Shown one piece after another: positions 20,673-30,066 of a stretch of 64,000 nt of DNA. This stretch comes from Oscillospiraceae bacterium. Lineage in GTDB: Bacteria > Bacillota > Clostridia > Oscillospirales > CAG-272. Each line of letters starts with the position of its first letter. Positions within the stretch are counted from its first letter, which is position 1. The notes beneath the pieces were generated by a model. The model was not told the origin of the DNA and ran no database searches. It saw nothing but the letters and a program-made list of their open reading frames with translations. The stretch lies in NCBI GenBank assembly GCA_015065455.1, contig SVQI01000002.1, positions 92,042 to 156,041 on the forward strand, given 5' to 3'. The translations under genes and the position numbers were made by a program.

Positions 20673-20718
20673 CACCTCATCAGTCGCTAAAGCGACAGCT
20701 TCCCCTCAAGGGGAAGCC
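20673..20718 (-). repeat. two-hairpin intergenic repeat, copy A (minimal form)
   Basis: Minus-strand reading: GGCTTCCCC-TTGA-GGGGAAGC TG TCGC-TTTA-GCGA CTGATGAGGTG. Lies 20 nt 3' of the DUF896 gene. Confidence 0.7.
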
Positions 20719-20737
20719 TTTTGTGAATTTTGTCTCT

Positions 20738-20935
20738 TTATTTCTTTTTTACCTTTTCTTTTCGGCCGTCGGGATACTGTATATAAGTATTATCAAGTAT
20801 TCCCCTCATTGATGCACGAAACTGTTTTATATACTTTGCTCGAAGCTCGTCTCTTTCCGCCTGTTCTTCAACGGTAAGTCCCTGCTCCTTTGCTTTTTTT
20901 GCAAGTTCATTTATTCTGCCAAGTAATTCGTCCAT
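20738..20935 (-). CDS. DUF896 (UPF0291/YnzC-like) family protein
   Basis: 65-aa helical protein. INELAKKAKEQGLTVEEQAERDELRAKYI is the typical pattern. Confidence 0.8.
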   Translation of the reverse strand: MDELLGRINELAKKAKEQGLTVEEQAERDELRAKYIKQFRASMRGILDNTYIQYPDGRKEKVKKK

Positions 20936-20983
20936 AATTATTTTTTCCTTTGAATATTATCAATCAGCTTTAACCGAGTATAA

Positions 20984-21066
20984 GCCTTCTCCGGCGGGAG
21001 AAGGTGGCTCGGCAATAACATTACATAACACACATCAGTGCTTTGTTGCCGAGACGGATAAGGTCG
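20984..21066 (+). repeat. two-hairpin intergenic repeat, copy B (long-loop form)
   Basis: GCCTTCTCC-GGCG-GGAGAAGG TG GCTCGGCAA-(30-nt loop)-TTGCCGAG ACGGATAAGGTCG. Confidence 0.7.
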
Positions 21067-21087
21067 TTTTGCTGACAATTCATTTTT

Positions 21088-23472
21088 TTACTTCAATTCA
21101 ACAACAGTTACCCCGTAGTCGCCCTCTCCATACTTTCCTGCTCGGAACGACTCCACACGGTTATCCTTCTTCAAATATTTCCAGATAGCCGTGCGCAACG
21201 CTCCGGTTCCCTTGCCGTGAAGTATGGTTACCGAGCGAACAGATGATATCTTCGCATCGTCAAAGTATTTGTCTATCATAAACCAAGCGTCATCGCCCGT
21301 CTGTCCTCTGACGTCAATTGTCGGTTTAAAATCACGTTTAAACGAAGCTACTGCCGAAGCTCTCGCCTTTTCCTTTTTCTGCTCAACCTTTTTTACACTT
21401 TCATTCAATACGAGGTTGGATATATTGGTCTTTGTTTTTAAACTACCCGTCTGTACCTCAACTGTTCCGTTTGCTGTCGGAAGTTTTGTTACAATTCCGA
21501 GTTTATTTATATTTACGAGCAAAACCTCGTCACCAATCTTCAACGGTCTTGGCAAAGCGTATCCTTCGCCAACCTTTCTCTCAATAACGGGGTCGATTTC
21601 TTCATCGGCAAACTTTAATTTCGTTCTTATTACGTTTCGAGCATCCTCAAGCCGCTTAGCAGCATCCTCGGCATCCTTTTCCTTTTTAAGCTTATCAAGC
21701 TGTTCAAGAACGAATTCGCTCGTCATTCTGGCACTTCCCAAAATTCTTGTAGCCTGTTCTCTTGCCGTTTTCAGTTCCTTTTCGGCACGTCTTTCAGCCT
21801 CAAAAATTCTGCTTTCGGCTTCCGATTTATACTTTTCAAAATCGGCTCTCATTCTCTCCGTTTCAAGAGTTCTGTTTTCGAGCTCTATACGGCTTTCGTC
21901 AAGCTTACCGATAACCTCTTCAAAACGCTTATTTTCTTTTGACACAAGCTCTCTCGCGTGTGAAACTATGTTTTCGTCAAGTCCGAGCTTAGATGAAATT
22001 TCAAAAGCATTTGACTTTCCCGGTGTTCCTATAATGAGTCTGTACGTCGGTTTTAATGTGTTAACGTCAAACTCGCACGAGCCGTTAGTTACGCCGTCTG
22101 TTTCGAGCGCATAAGCTTTAAGCTCAGCGTAATGCGTCGTTGCCGCGCACAAAGCCCCAGTCTTTCTCACGTGTTCAAGCACAGCCATGGCAAGAGCAGC
22201 ACCTTCAACTGGGTCTGTTCCTGCACCAAGCTCGTCAAAAAGAACGAGAGAATCTTTTGTTACCTGCTTTGTAATCTTAATTATATTAACCATATGGGAT
22301 GAAAACGTAGAAAGCGACTGTTCGATACTCTGTTCATCACCTATATCCGCGTGAATATCGGAAAAAATACATATCGACGACGATTCTGAGCAAGGAATGT
22401 GCAGTCCAGACTGCGCCATAAGCGCCAACAAACCGAGTGTCTTTAACGATACCGTCTTACCACCCGTGTTTGGACCGGTTATAACAAGGGTATCAAATCC
22501 AATACCGAGCGAAACCGATATTGGCACCACCTTTTCTTTATCAAGCAATGGATGTCTTGCAGATATAAGATTATATTCTCTTTTTTCAGTTATTTCAGGT
22601 TCGCACGCTTTCAAATTAAGCGACATTTCCGCCTTTGCAAATATAAAAGCTATAAGAGTAATATTCTCATAGTTCAAAACAAGTTCTCTTGAAATATCAG
22701 CGCAAGCGGCGGACAAAGTATAAAGAATACGTTCAATTTCAACCTTTTCTTTATTCTCGAGCTCTCTCAGTTCATTGTTTGCATCAACAACGGGCATAGG
22801 CTCAATAAATAAAGTTGACCCTGTAGACGAAGTATCGTGTACAAGTCCTTTAACCTCGTTTTTATATTCGACCTTTACCGGAATAACGTATCTGCCGTTA
22901 CGTATGGTGATAATATTTTCCTGCAAATATTTTGAATACGCCGCGCTGTTTATATATTTCTGCAACGTATCTCTTATTTTTGAATTTGTATTTCTTATTT
23001 TTCTTCTTATTTCCGACAAAGCGGGACTTGCATCGTCAGCAACGGTATCCGCCGACGGTAATGCTCTGTATATTCTGTTTTCGAGATTTTTGTCTGTATA
23101 CAAAACCTCAAAAAGTTCAGCTAAACCGTTCCCCTCTTTTATTTCTCCCTTTGAATACTCGCTGAGCCCTCTTGCCGTTCTGAGCACGTTTGCAATTTCG
23201 AGTAAGGTCTCGGGTGAGAGTGATGCTCCTTTTTTTGCGTTATCAACAGCAAAGGATATATCAACTATATTACCGAAAGAAGGCATACCCTTTATATTCA
23301 AATATTCCAAAGCGTCGGTCGTCTGACGTAAAATACGTCTTATCTCCCAAACATCGTTAGTCGGGGTAAGACTCCTTGCCATCAATTTTGCCCCCTCTGT
23401 ATGAGCAAAGCTCGACAGCATCTCAAGAATCTTGTTATATTCAAGTGTTTTCAGTGCTTTTTCAAATGCCAT
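21088..23472 (-). CDS. mutS2: endonuclease MutS2
   Basis: 794 aa with Walker A GPNTGGKT, a long coiled coil, and a C-terminal Smr domain (ILHGKGTGALR). Confidence 0.95.
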   Translation of the reverse strand: MAFEKALKTLEYNKILEMLSSFAHTEGAKLMARSLTPTNDVWEIRRILRQTTDALEYLNIKGMPSFGNIVDISFAVDNAKKGASLSPETLLEIANVLRTARGLSEYSKGEIKEGNGLAELFEVLYTDKNLENRIYRALPSADTVADDASPALSEIRRKIRNTNSKIRDTLQKYINSAAYSKYLQENIITIRNGRYVIPVKVEYKNEVKGLVHDTSSTGSTLFIEPMPVVDANNELRELENKEKVEIERILYTLSAACADISRELVLNYENITLIAFIFAKAEMSLNLKACEPEITEKREYNLISARHPLLDKEKVVPISVSLGIGFDTLVITGPNTGGKTVSLKTLGLLALMAQSGLHIPCSESSSICIFSDIHADIGDEQSIEQSLSTFSSHMVNIIKITKQVTKDSLVLFDELGAGTDPVEGAALAMAVLEHVRKTGALCAATTHYAELKAYALETDGVTNGSCEFDVNTLKPTYRLIIGTPGKSNAFEISSKLGLDENIVSHARELVSKENKRFEEVIGKLDESRIELENRTLETERMRADFEKYKSEAESRIFEAERRAEKELKTAREQATRILGSARMTSEFVLEQLDKLKKEKDAEDAAKRLEDARNVIRTKLKFADEEIDPVIERKVGEGYALPRPLKIGDEVLLVNINKLGIVTKLPTANGTVEVQTGSLKTKTNISNLVLNESVKKVEQKKEKARASAVASFKRDFKPTIDVRGQTGDDAWFMIDKYFDDAKISSVRSVTILHGKGTGALRTAIWKYLKKDNRVESFRAGKYGEGDYGVTVVELK

Positions 23473-23486
23473 TTTTTCTCTCTTTT

Positions 23487-24281
23487 TTATTTTATTTGTT
23501 GGTTGTATATATCAAGTGTTATAAAAGATTTTCCCACTTGATTGAGCAAATATTTTTCACACACGGTAGAAAAATCTTTGAAAGCCTCATCTGTCAAAGA
23601 AAAAGAAAACAGTCTTTCAAATTTGCTGCTTATTACGTACTGCATAGCTCTTATTATTGACGGTGTTACAGCCAGGTATGCTCCCTGCGGTTCACTTGAA
23701 AGTCCCGCTGTCCTCTCAAGATTTTCATTAAGCAAGCATCTTTTGCACACTATATCTCCGTTCAATACGTCGAAATAATATACTTCTCCTTGCGCATCAC
23801 CGCACAAATGACAAGCCGATATATTAGGGCTTACTCCCATCTCAGCGCACACGCGAAGCTCAAACACACCCTTTATCTTCAAAGGATCGCACAAATCCGA
23901 CGACAAGGCGTAAAGCGAGTTTAAAAGCAGTCTTAATATACCGTCCTGCCTTTCTCCCTCAACGCACACCTCGTTTACTATCTCAAGGAAATACTGACCT
24001 AAAAAGAGCTTGTCCATACTGTTTACAATATCAAAAAACGCTTCTATGTAGTCAGCCTCTTTTATATAGTAAAAATCTTTTTTACGTACAAGAACAAATT
24101 CCGAATAGCAAAAAAGCCTCGTTGACGTAAGATGTTTACTCTTGTTACTTTTTGCTCCGTGGCAGTATACGGATATTGAGCCAAGTTCTGACGTCAGAAC
24201 GTTTAAAATCTTATCGTTCTCTTTATACTGTACAGAACGGGTAACAATACCCTTTACTTTTATTAAATCCTGCTCAGCCAT
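23487..24281 (-). CDS. recO: DNA repair protein RecO
   Basis: 264 aa with an OB-fold N-terminus and zinc motif CHLCG...CKRC. Located in the era-recO arrangement. Confidence 0.88.
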   Translation of the reverse strand: MAEQDLIKVKGIVTRSVQYKENDKILNVLTSELGSISVYCHGAKSNKSKHLTSTRLFCYSEFVLVRKKDFYYIKEADYIEAFFDIVNSMDKLFLGQYFLEIVNEVCVEGERQDGILRLLLNSLYALSSDLCDPLKIKGVFELRVCAEMGVSPNISACHLCGDAQGEVYYFDVLNGDIVCKRCLLNENLERTAGLSSEPQGAYLAVTPSIIRAMQYVISSKFERLFSFSLTDEAFKDFSTVCEKYLLNQVGKSFITLDIYNQQIK

Positions 24282-25165
24282 CAGTCTAACTTAAAGCCAA
24301 AATTGGAAATTGTCTGCTGTGAATCTCTCCAATTCTCTTTAACCTTAACCCAGATATTCAAATACACCTTTGTGTCAAAAAATGCTTCCATATCTTCTCT
24401 TGCATAAGAGCCGATCTTTTTAAGAGTTTCGCCTCTCTTGCCTATAATTATGCCCTTGTGAGTTTCTTTTTCGCAATAAATAGTAGCATTTATCTTAAGA
24501 ATATTTTTCCCCTCTTCAAAGCTATCTACGATTACTGCAGTACCGTGGGGAATTTCTTCATCAAGTGTACGGAGAAGTTTTTCTCTGATTGTTTCTGCAG
24601 CTATCTGTCTTTCGGGTTGGTCGGTCAATGCTGTTTCAGGGAAGAACCATTCTCCCTCTTGCATAAAGCCTTCCGCTTCCTTAAGCACTATATCAACACC
24701 GTCATTCTTTACTGCAGAAATCGGTATGATGGACTTGAAATCGTGCAACTGTGAATAAGCCTTTATCGTTTCACCGATTCTTTCCGCATCAACCTTATCA
24801 GTCTTATTTATTACAAGAATTGCAGGTAATTCCTGCTTCTTTATTTTTTCAATAAAACCTTCCTCAATCTGCCCCGGAGCATACGATGCATCTACAACGA
24901 GTATAACTGCATCCGATTCACCTACCGTCTTTCTGACATTCTTGACCATAATATCACCAAGCTTTGTTTTAGGCTTGTGCATACCGGGTGTATCAAGAAA
25001 TACGTACTGGTCTTCACCTTTTGTCAAAATGCCCGTGATTCTGTTTCTCGTTGTCTGAGGTTTCTTTGAAACTATGGCAATCTTTTCTCCCATAAGAGCA
25101 TTAAGTAACGTTGATTTTCCAACGTTCGGTCTGCCTACTATTGCAATAAAAGCTGTTCTTCGCAT
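24281..25165 (-). CDS. era: GTPase Era
   Basis: G1 motif GRPNVGKSTLLN, DTPG, NKTD, and a C-terminal KH domain. Confidence 0.95.
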   Translation of the reverse strand: MRRTAFIAIVGRPNVGKSTLLNALMGEKIAIVSKKPQTTRNRITGILTKGEDQYVFLDTPGMHKPKTKLGDIMVKNVRKTVGESDAVILVVDASYAPGQIEEGFIEKIKKQELPAILVINKTDKVDAERIGETIKAYSQLHDFKSIIPISAVKNDGVDIVLKEAEGFMQEGEWFFPETALTDQPERQIAAETIREKLLRTLDEEIPHGTAVIVDSFEEGKNILKINATIYCEKETHKGIIIGKRGETLKKIGSYAREDMEAFFDTKVYLNIWVKVKENWRDSQQTISNFGFKLD

Positions 25166-25180
25166 TTTATACCTCTGTTA

Positions 25181-25630
25181 TTATCTTATTTGTCCTATAT
25201 TTTTAAGAATTTCCTCTTGCTTTGCAAACATTATTTTTTCATCATCTTCGCTTGTTTCGTGGTCATATCCAAGAAGATGCAAACACGAATGAACACACAA
25301 AAAAGAAATTTCTCTTTCAATCGAATGACCGTATTCTTCTGCCTGCTCTTTTGCTTTTTCAAGAGAGATTACTACGTCACCGAGCACTACTTCTTCTCCG
25401 TCGTCTTCCATCGGGAAAGACAAAACGTCTGTCTCTCTGTCTATGTCTCTGTACTCTCTGTTTAATTCTCTTATATTTTCATTGTCGGTAAAGGTTACAG
25501 AAATTTCGCAGTCCTTTTCAAATGACTCGTACTTCAGTGTTCCTTCAACCGCATTCTTTACAAGATTTTCGTATTCTGGAAAAAAGTCGCATTTTTCCTG
25601 CTGATTATCTATATAGTACGTTACTTTCAT
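25181..25630 (-). CDS. ybeY: rRNA maturation RNase YbeY
   Basis: 149 aa with the zinc motif HSCLHLLGYDH. Confidence 0.93.
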   Translation of the reverse strand: MKVTYYIDNQQEKCDFFPEYENLVKNAVEGTLKYESFEKDCEISVTFTDNENIRELNREYRDIDRETDVLSFPMEDDGEEVVLGDVVISLEKAKEQAEEYGHSIEREISFLCVHSCLHLLGYDHETSEDDEKIMFAKQEEILKNIGQIR

Positions 25631-25640
25631 AATTTCCTCT

Positions 25641-26657
25641 TTATTTTATATTTCTTTTTATAACGGTTTTCTTTGCCTTTTCGGCATTTTCTTTTTCGTA
25701 TTTTTCGTAAGCGTTTATTATTCTCTGAACAAGTTTATGTCTTACAACGTCCCTTGACGAGAAGTGATGAATAGCTATTCCCTCGACGTCTGACAAAATT
25801 TTTATTGACTCAACAAGTCCACTCTTTTTACCGAAAGGAAGGTCTGTCTGAGTTATGTCACCCGTTACCACAGCCTTAGTATTAAATCCGAGTCTTGTCA
25901 AAAACATTTTCATCTGTTCTGGGGTGGTGTTCTGCGCCTCGTCAAGAATGATGAAGGAATCGTCAAGCGTTCTTCCTCGCATATATGCTAACGGCGCAAT
26001 TTCTATAACGCCCTTTTCAAGATTACGAAGATAATTTTCTCCGCCCATAAGCTCATACATAGCATCGTATAAAGGACGCAGATAGGGGTCTATCTTGTTC
26101 TGCAAGTCCCCCGGAAGATATCCAAGCTTTTCACCCGCTTCAACCGCAGGGCGCGTCAAAATTATTCTGCTGACCTGCTTGTTTCTGAGAGCCGTTACAG
26201 CCATAGCGACCGCAAGGAACGTTTTACCCGTTCCTGCAGGGCCGATACCCATTACAACCATATTTTTCTTTATGGCATCAACGTAGTGCTTTTGCCCGAC
26301 CGTCTTTGCCTTTATCGGTTTGCCTTTAGATGTTATGCAGATGCAGTCATCTCCAAAGTCATCTAACTCATTCTCTTTTCCGTCTTTTATCATATTTATG
26401 ATATAGTCAACGTTTTGCTCACTTACCGAATCATCAAGAACCGACAGCTTTTTCAAATAAGCCAGAGCCGAAAACGCATTTTCTACGTTCTCCTGTTCAC
26501 CCGAAACAACGACGGCATTCCCCGCAGTTCTCTCGGTATCTCTGTTTGTAATTTTTACGCCAAACGCCTTTTCAATCAACTGTACGTTGATATCAAAATT
26601 ACCGAATATGATTGACGTTTGTTCAAAAGTGTCGGTAAGCAAAACCTTTTCAGCCAT
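25641..26657 (-). CDS. PhoH family ATPase
   Basis: 338 aa with Walker A GPAGTGKTFLAVA and a DEAQN box. Confidence 0.9.
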   Translation of the reverse strand: MAEKVLLTDTFEQTSIIFGNFDINVQLIEKAFGVKITNRDTERTAGNAVVVSGEQENVENAFSALAYLKKLSVLDDSVSEQNVDYIINMIKDGKENELDDFGDDCICITSKGKPIKAKTVGQKHYVDAIKKNMVVMGIGPAGTGKTFLAVAMAVTALRNKQVSRIILTRPAVEAGEKLGYLPGDLQNKIDPYLRPLYDAMYELMGGENYLRNLEKGVIEIAPLAYMRGRTLDDSFIILDEAQNTTPEQMKMFLTRLGFNTKAVVTGDITQTDLPFGKKSGLVESIKILSDVEGIAIHHFSSRDVVRHKLVQRIINAYEKYEKENAEKAKKTVIKRNIK

Positions 26658-26711
26658 TAAAAAAATCCTTTCAACTTCTCTTTTTTCTTATTTTCTCTAT
26701 ATTTACAAATA

Positions 26712-27893
26712 TTATTTAAGTATTATTTCTTTTTCAAGCGCTATATCTGTGATACAGTAAATTTCGCATATCAGCTTGTATGAATTTTCGCCTATTTCCT
26801 CTTTGGTCTTTCTCTCAAGAACCTCTGAATCAACTAATTCCTCTGCCAATATACGCGTCATTTCTCTTTCAGCTTCGTTCTTCGCCTCGGCTTCACTCAG
26901 TATAACCGTATCATAAATGTAACCCTTGTGTATATTTTTAGTCATAATAAGGGGCAGTCTTACCATATCAAACAGCACAAGCCTCTCTCTGTCAGTAAAA
27001 GTGTCATACGTTTTTAAGCTTTTGTCAACGTCTGAAAAGACACCAAATTTTTTACCGAAAAAAGTTACGCTGATATCCTTCTGGTTTTCACCTGTATAAA
27101 TTTTAACATTCTTCTCAAACGGTATTTCAACCTCAAATTTCCTCGTAACGTAGGCGTAAACGCTTCCCGTCGACCGAACTATCTCAAAGCCGTATTTTTT
27201 CTCAAGAAAACCGCTTACAAGCAAGTCTCCCTCTTTTACGACAGCCTCTTTCTCAACGACCGAAGCTCCTGAATATACAGTCATACTCTCAATCTGACCG
27301 CTGTATTTTGCAACAAGATTCGATGCCTCAAATTCTTCATTTTCTTCTTTTACTTTTCTCTCGCGAAGTTCAACCTTAGCCGTTGTTCCTTCCATATTTA
27401 CCGACACAAAAGAAAAATCCTCGGTTGATATCAAAAACTCGTTACACAGCTTGTAAAAATTCACCTTTGGTATAAAAGAGCCTACGCCAAAACCGACGTC
27501 TATAAGCTGTTCTTCCACTACTGAATCGGGAATATTTTCGTTCCCCGAAAAAGTAATATCCCACACAAAAAGCTTTGACGACCACAGCATAGCGCAGAAA
27601 AACAAAACCCCCACAAACAGCCCGTATCTCTTCTTGTATTTCTTTAGAAAAAAAGGCAAACCTTTCCCTCTTATACTATAAACTTTTATGCCCGATTTGT
27701 CAAGCAAAGATACAACTTTGTTCTGTTTTGAATATCTTACTGTAAAACTGAAATATTCACTGTTTGACCTTTTCATTTTTTCTGCTGAAATCTTGTTAAC
27801 ATGAAGCAGATTAAGGGCTTTTTCAGTATCCTTATCCGATATTTCCACTTCAACTATTCCAAACAGATAATTCAGTAAAAAAGTTATCGGCAT
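26712..27893 (-). CDS. yqfD: sporulation protein YqfD
   Basis: 393 aa with a central TM helix, located downstream of yqfC in the conserved yqfC-yqfD-phoH-ybeY order. Confidence 0.85.
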   Translation of the reverse strand: MPITFLLNYLFGIVEVEISDKDTEKALNLLHVNKISAEKMKRSNSEYFSFTVRYSKQNKVVSLLDKSGIKVYSIRGKGLPFFLKKYKKRYGLFVGVLFFCAMLWSSKLFVWDITFSGNENIPDSVVEEQLIDVGFGVGSFIPKVNFYKLCNEFLISTEDFSFVSVNMEGTTAKVELRERKVKEENEEFEASNLVAKYSGQIESMTVYSGASVVEKEAVVKEGDLLVSGFLEKKYGFEIVRSTGSVYAYVTRKFEVEIPFEKNVKIYTGENQKDISVTFFGKKFGVFSDVDKSLKTYDTFTDRERLVLFDMVRLPLIMTKNIHKGYIYDTVILSEAEAKNEAEREMTRILAEELVDSEVLERKTKEEIGENSYKLICEIYCITDIALEKEIILK

Positions 27894-28210
27894 ATTTCCA
27901 CCCCGTATTCTATTCTTTTTATCTTTCCGCCAACAGACAGCGTTGACCGATAATAGTTTTTCAGCTCAAGCCCTTCACCTATTATAGCAACGTAGTCGCC
28001 GCAAACTTCAATTATTATTTCTTCAGTTTCGTACTTGTATATCGACAAAACTCCATCAATAGTTATTTCTCGTCTGCCTATTATATTTGCAGTAAACTCG
28101 GAGCATAGCTCTGTTAAAGGAAGCTCCGTCTGATCGGACATTTTTGACAATACACGATAAATACCTTTTTTCAAGTATATTCCCCCACGTTTTTTAATAA
28201 TATTTATCAT
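27884..28210 (-). CDS. yqfC: YabP/YqfC family sporulation protein
   Basis: REITIDGVLSIYKYETEEIII pattern. The start is uncertain: ATG 28210, TTG 28174 (best RBS, GGGGGA) or ATG 28141. Confidence 0.8.
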   Translation of the reverse strand: MINIIKKRGGIYLKKGIYRVLSKMSDQTELPLTELCSEFTANIIGRREITIDGVLSIYKYETEEIIIEVCGDYVAIIGEGLELKNYYRSTLSVGGKIKRIEYGVEICR

Positions 28211-28238
28211 GATATTTTATGCAAAAAGGGGGATATAA

Positions 28239-29186
28239 ATGACAAAAGTTAAATCTCAGCCTGTTTTTTACGTATTGTATTTGCTTGTAGTATATTTATT
28301 TTTCTTTCTTATAAAAACACCCGTATTGGCAACAGAATCAATTACACGAGCATTGAGGCTGTGTTACACGAAGGTTATTCCAAGTCTTTTTCCCTTTTTA
28401 GTATTGAGTGAACTGATAGTATCATCACATATTGCAGAGCATTTCGGTAATTTGTTCGGTAAACCATTGTCAAAGCTTTTTAAAATTCAAAAAATATCGG
28501 CAACCGCTTTTATTATGGGGTGCCTTTTCGGATTTCCGCTCGGAACAAAAATTGCCGTATCCTTATACGAAAATAATTATATAAGTAAAGAAGAAACGGA
28601 AAGACTTATTTGTTTTTGCTCAAATACAGGTCCCGCATTCGTTATCGGAATAACGGCTTCTGTTCTCAATAATACAAGACTTGCTGTGTGTATTTATGTT
28701 TGCCAAGTTATTTCTGCATTCATTATAGGAATTTTTCTGAGAAAAGACTCCCCGGTTATTATCAAAAACAATACAGAGCTATCAGGCTTTTTTTCTCCGT
28801 CTTGTATTCCAAACTCAATAACTTCTTCCGTTTTACCAATGCTGAATATATGTTCATTTGTGTGCTTTTTTTCGTGTATTTCAGCCTCGATTGAAAATAT
28901 GCTTGTAGCTTTAAATTTTAACGGCTATCTGCAAAATTTGATAACGGGCTTTCTTGAAATAACTAACGGAATAGCAAATCTTCAATATAGTCCGCTTAAT
29001 GTTTCAACTGTTTTTTTAGCTGCTTTTTTTGTTGGATGGTCGGGGGTATCCGTTATACTTCAAAGTATAAATATTACCTCAAAACAATCGCTGAGCTGTA
29101 AAAAATATATTGTATCAAAGCTTTTTCAAGGTATAATTTGCGCCTGTTTAACGCTTGTTTTGTGCAAATTATTAAAAATATTCTGA
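28239..29186 (+). CDS. ylbJ: sporulation integral membrane protein YlbJ (nucleoside-recognition-domain type)
   Basis: 315-aa polytopic protein with the RALRLCYTKVIPSLFPFLVLSE motif. Confidence 0.8.
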   Translation: MTKVKSQPVFYVLYLLVVYLFFFLIKTPVLATESITRALRLCYTKVIPSLFPFLVLSELIVSSHIAEHFGNLFGKPLSKLFKIQKISATAFIMGCLFGFPLGTKIAVSLYENNYISKEETERLICFCSNTGPAFVIGITASVLNNTRLAVCIYVCQVISAFIIGIFLRKDSPVIIKNNTELSGFFSPSCIPNSITSSVLPMLNICSFVCFFSCISASIENMLVALNFNGYLQNLITGFLEITNGIANLQYSPLNVSTVFLAAFFVGWSGVSVILQSINITSKQSLSCKKYIVSKLFQGIICACLTLVLCKLLKIF

Positions 29187-29254
29187 AACATATTGAAAAA
29201 TAATACGGTTTTATTGTATAATAATACTATCAAGTAAAAACAGAGGAAAGAATT

Positions 29255-29464
29255 ATGTTTAAACGCAAAGATAACGATTATCAAAAAGTATGTCTCTTTT
29301 GCGAAAATGCTACTATACTTAAAGGCGATGACAATATTCTTTGTAAATATAAAGGAGTTGTCAGCGAAGACTACGTCTGCCGAAAATATATTTATGACCC
29401 TCTGAAAAGACAACCGAGCATTAAACCGAAAATGCCCACAATTTCAAAAGAAGATCTACTGTAA
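29255..29464 (+). CDS. small Cys-containing hypothetical protein
   Basis: 69 aa with RBS AGAGGAAAG. Cys pattern is CLFC...C(x13)C. No family recognised. Confidence 0.5.
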   Translation: MFKRKDNDYQKVCLFCENATILKGDDNILCKYKGVVSEDYVCRKYIYDPLKRQPSIKPKMPTISKEDLL

Positions 29465-29468
29465 AAAA

Positions 29469-29493
29469 AGAACCGTCAAACGACGGTTCTTTT
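29469..29493 (+). terminator. intrinsic terminator
   Basis: Hairpin AGAACCGTC-AAAC-GACGGTTCT followed by TTT. Confidence 0.8.
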
Positions 29494-29584
29494 AATTCCT
29501 AAAAAACAGACAAATCAAAACGGTGAACAAAACAATTCACCTCTGCAAAATCAGGGTTTATTCCCTTGCAAAACAATATTTATT

Positions 29585-29750
29585 AACTGGTAGGGGACGG
29601 CGCCCACGACGTCCCGCATAATCATAAAATATTAATCAAGAATGATTTCTTGTGGAGCTCTCATTCCGTCACTTTTCACTCGCTTTATTCCCCCCTTCGC
29701 ACAGGAAAACATATACGAAAGATATTTGATGGGAGCGAGTACCTACCCTA
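29585..29750 (+). ncRNA. candidate structured RNA or leader of unknown class
   Basis: Local GC-rich island in an AT-rich 355-nt spacer. Long-range pairing GGTAGG (29589-29594) with CCTACC (29742-29747). Nested hairpins GGGACG/CGTCCC, AATCAT/ATGATT and ACTCGCT/AGCGAGT. Strand not established. Confidence 0.3.
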
Positions 29751-29847
29751 CAAAATTATGATTTATTACCTTGCTGAACCAATATGTGCATATTAGCATT
29801 TTTTCATTTTACTCATAAAATGTATTGAAGGAGGTTTAAAATAAAAA

Positions 29848-30066
29848 ATGAAAAAATGTATAATTGCCATAAGCTCGGTCAACCACGCTATACGCGCTGA
29901 AAAATATTTGTCTTCTAATAATCTTAAGGTAAGAATAGTCAAGCTTCAACCAAATACAACGAAAAAAGGCTGTGCATACGGCCTTGAATTAAACTGTAAG
30001 GACATTAATTCAGCCGTTTCTTTTCTTGATAACGCAGCTATTCCCTATTCTGAAATCGTGAGGTGA
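29848..30066 (+). CDS. DUF3343 family protein (putative S/Se carrier-like)
   Basis: 72 aa. SSVNHAIRAEKYL...VRIVKLQPNTTKKGCAYGLEL is a typical DUF3343 pattern. Its stop overlaps the next start (GTGA). Confidence 0.7.
   Translation: MKKCIIAISSVNHAIRAEKYLSSNNLKVRIVKLQPNTTKKGCAYGLELNCKDINSAVSFLDNAAIPYSEIVR

Noticed and set aside
20673-20718. The CTGATGAGG box in the repeat family looked like the CUGAUGA core of a hammerhead ribozyme.
   Set aside because: Copies B and C1 have ACGGAT(A/G)A(G/A)G instead. The nucleotide at the would-be cleavage position is G. No conserved stem II plus GAAA follows in copy A. The hammerhead core is therefore not conserved across the family.
20395-20877. ORFs 20395-20601 (-) and 20656-20877 (+).
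   Set aside because: The first is read through tRNA-Gln and its terminator. The second is read through repeat copy A and antisense to the DUF896 gene. Neither has an RBS.
21224-22114. 296-aa Ser/Phe-rich ORF antisense to mutS2. Similar long antisense or alternative-frame ORFs occur at 22775-23326, 38047-38517, 39768-40368 and 47896-48432.
   Set aside because: All lie fully inside well-supported genes on the opposite strand. They have low-complexity composition and no RBS, and are expected by-products of codon-biased Glu/Lys-rich or Thr/Gly-rich genes.
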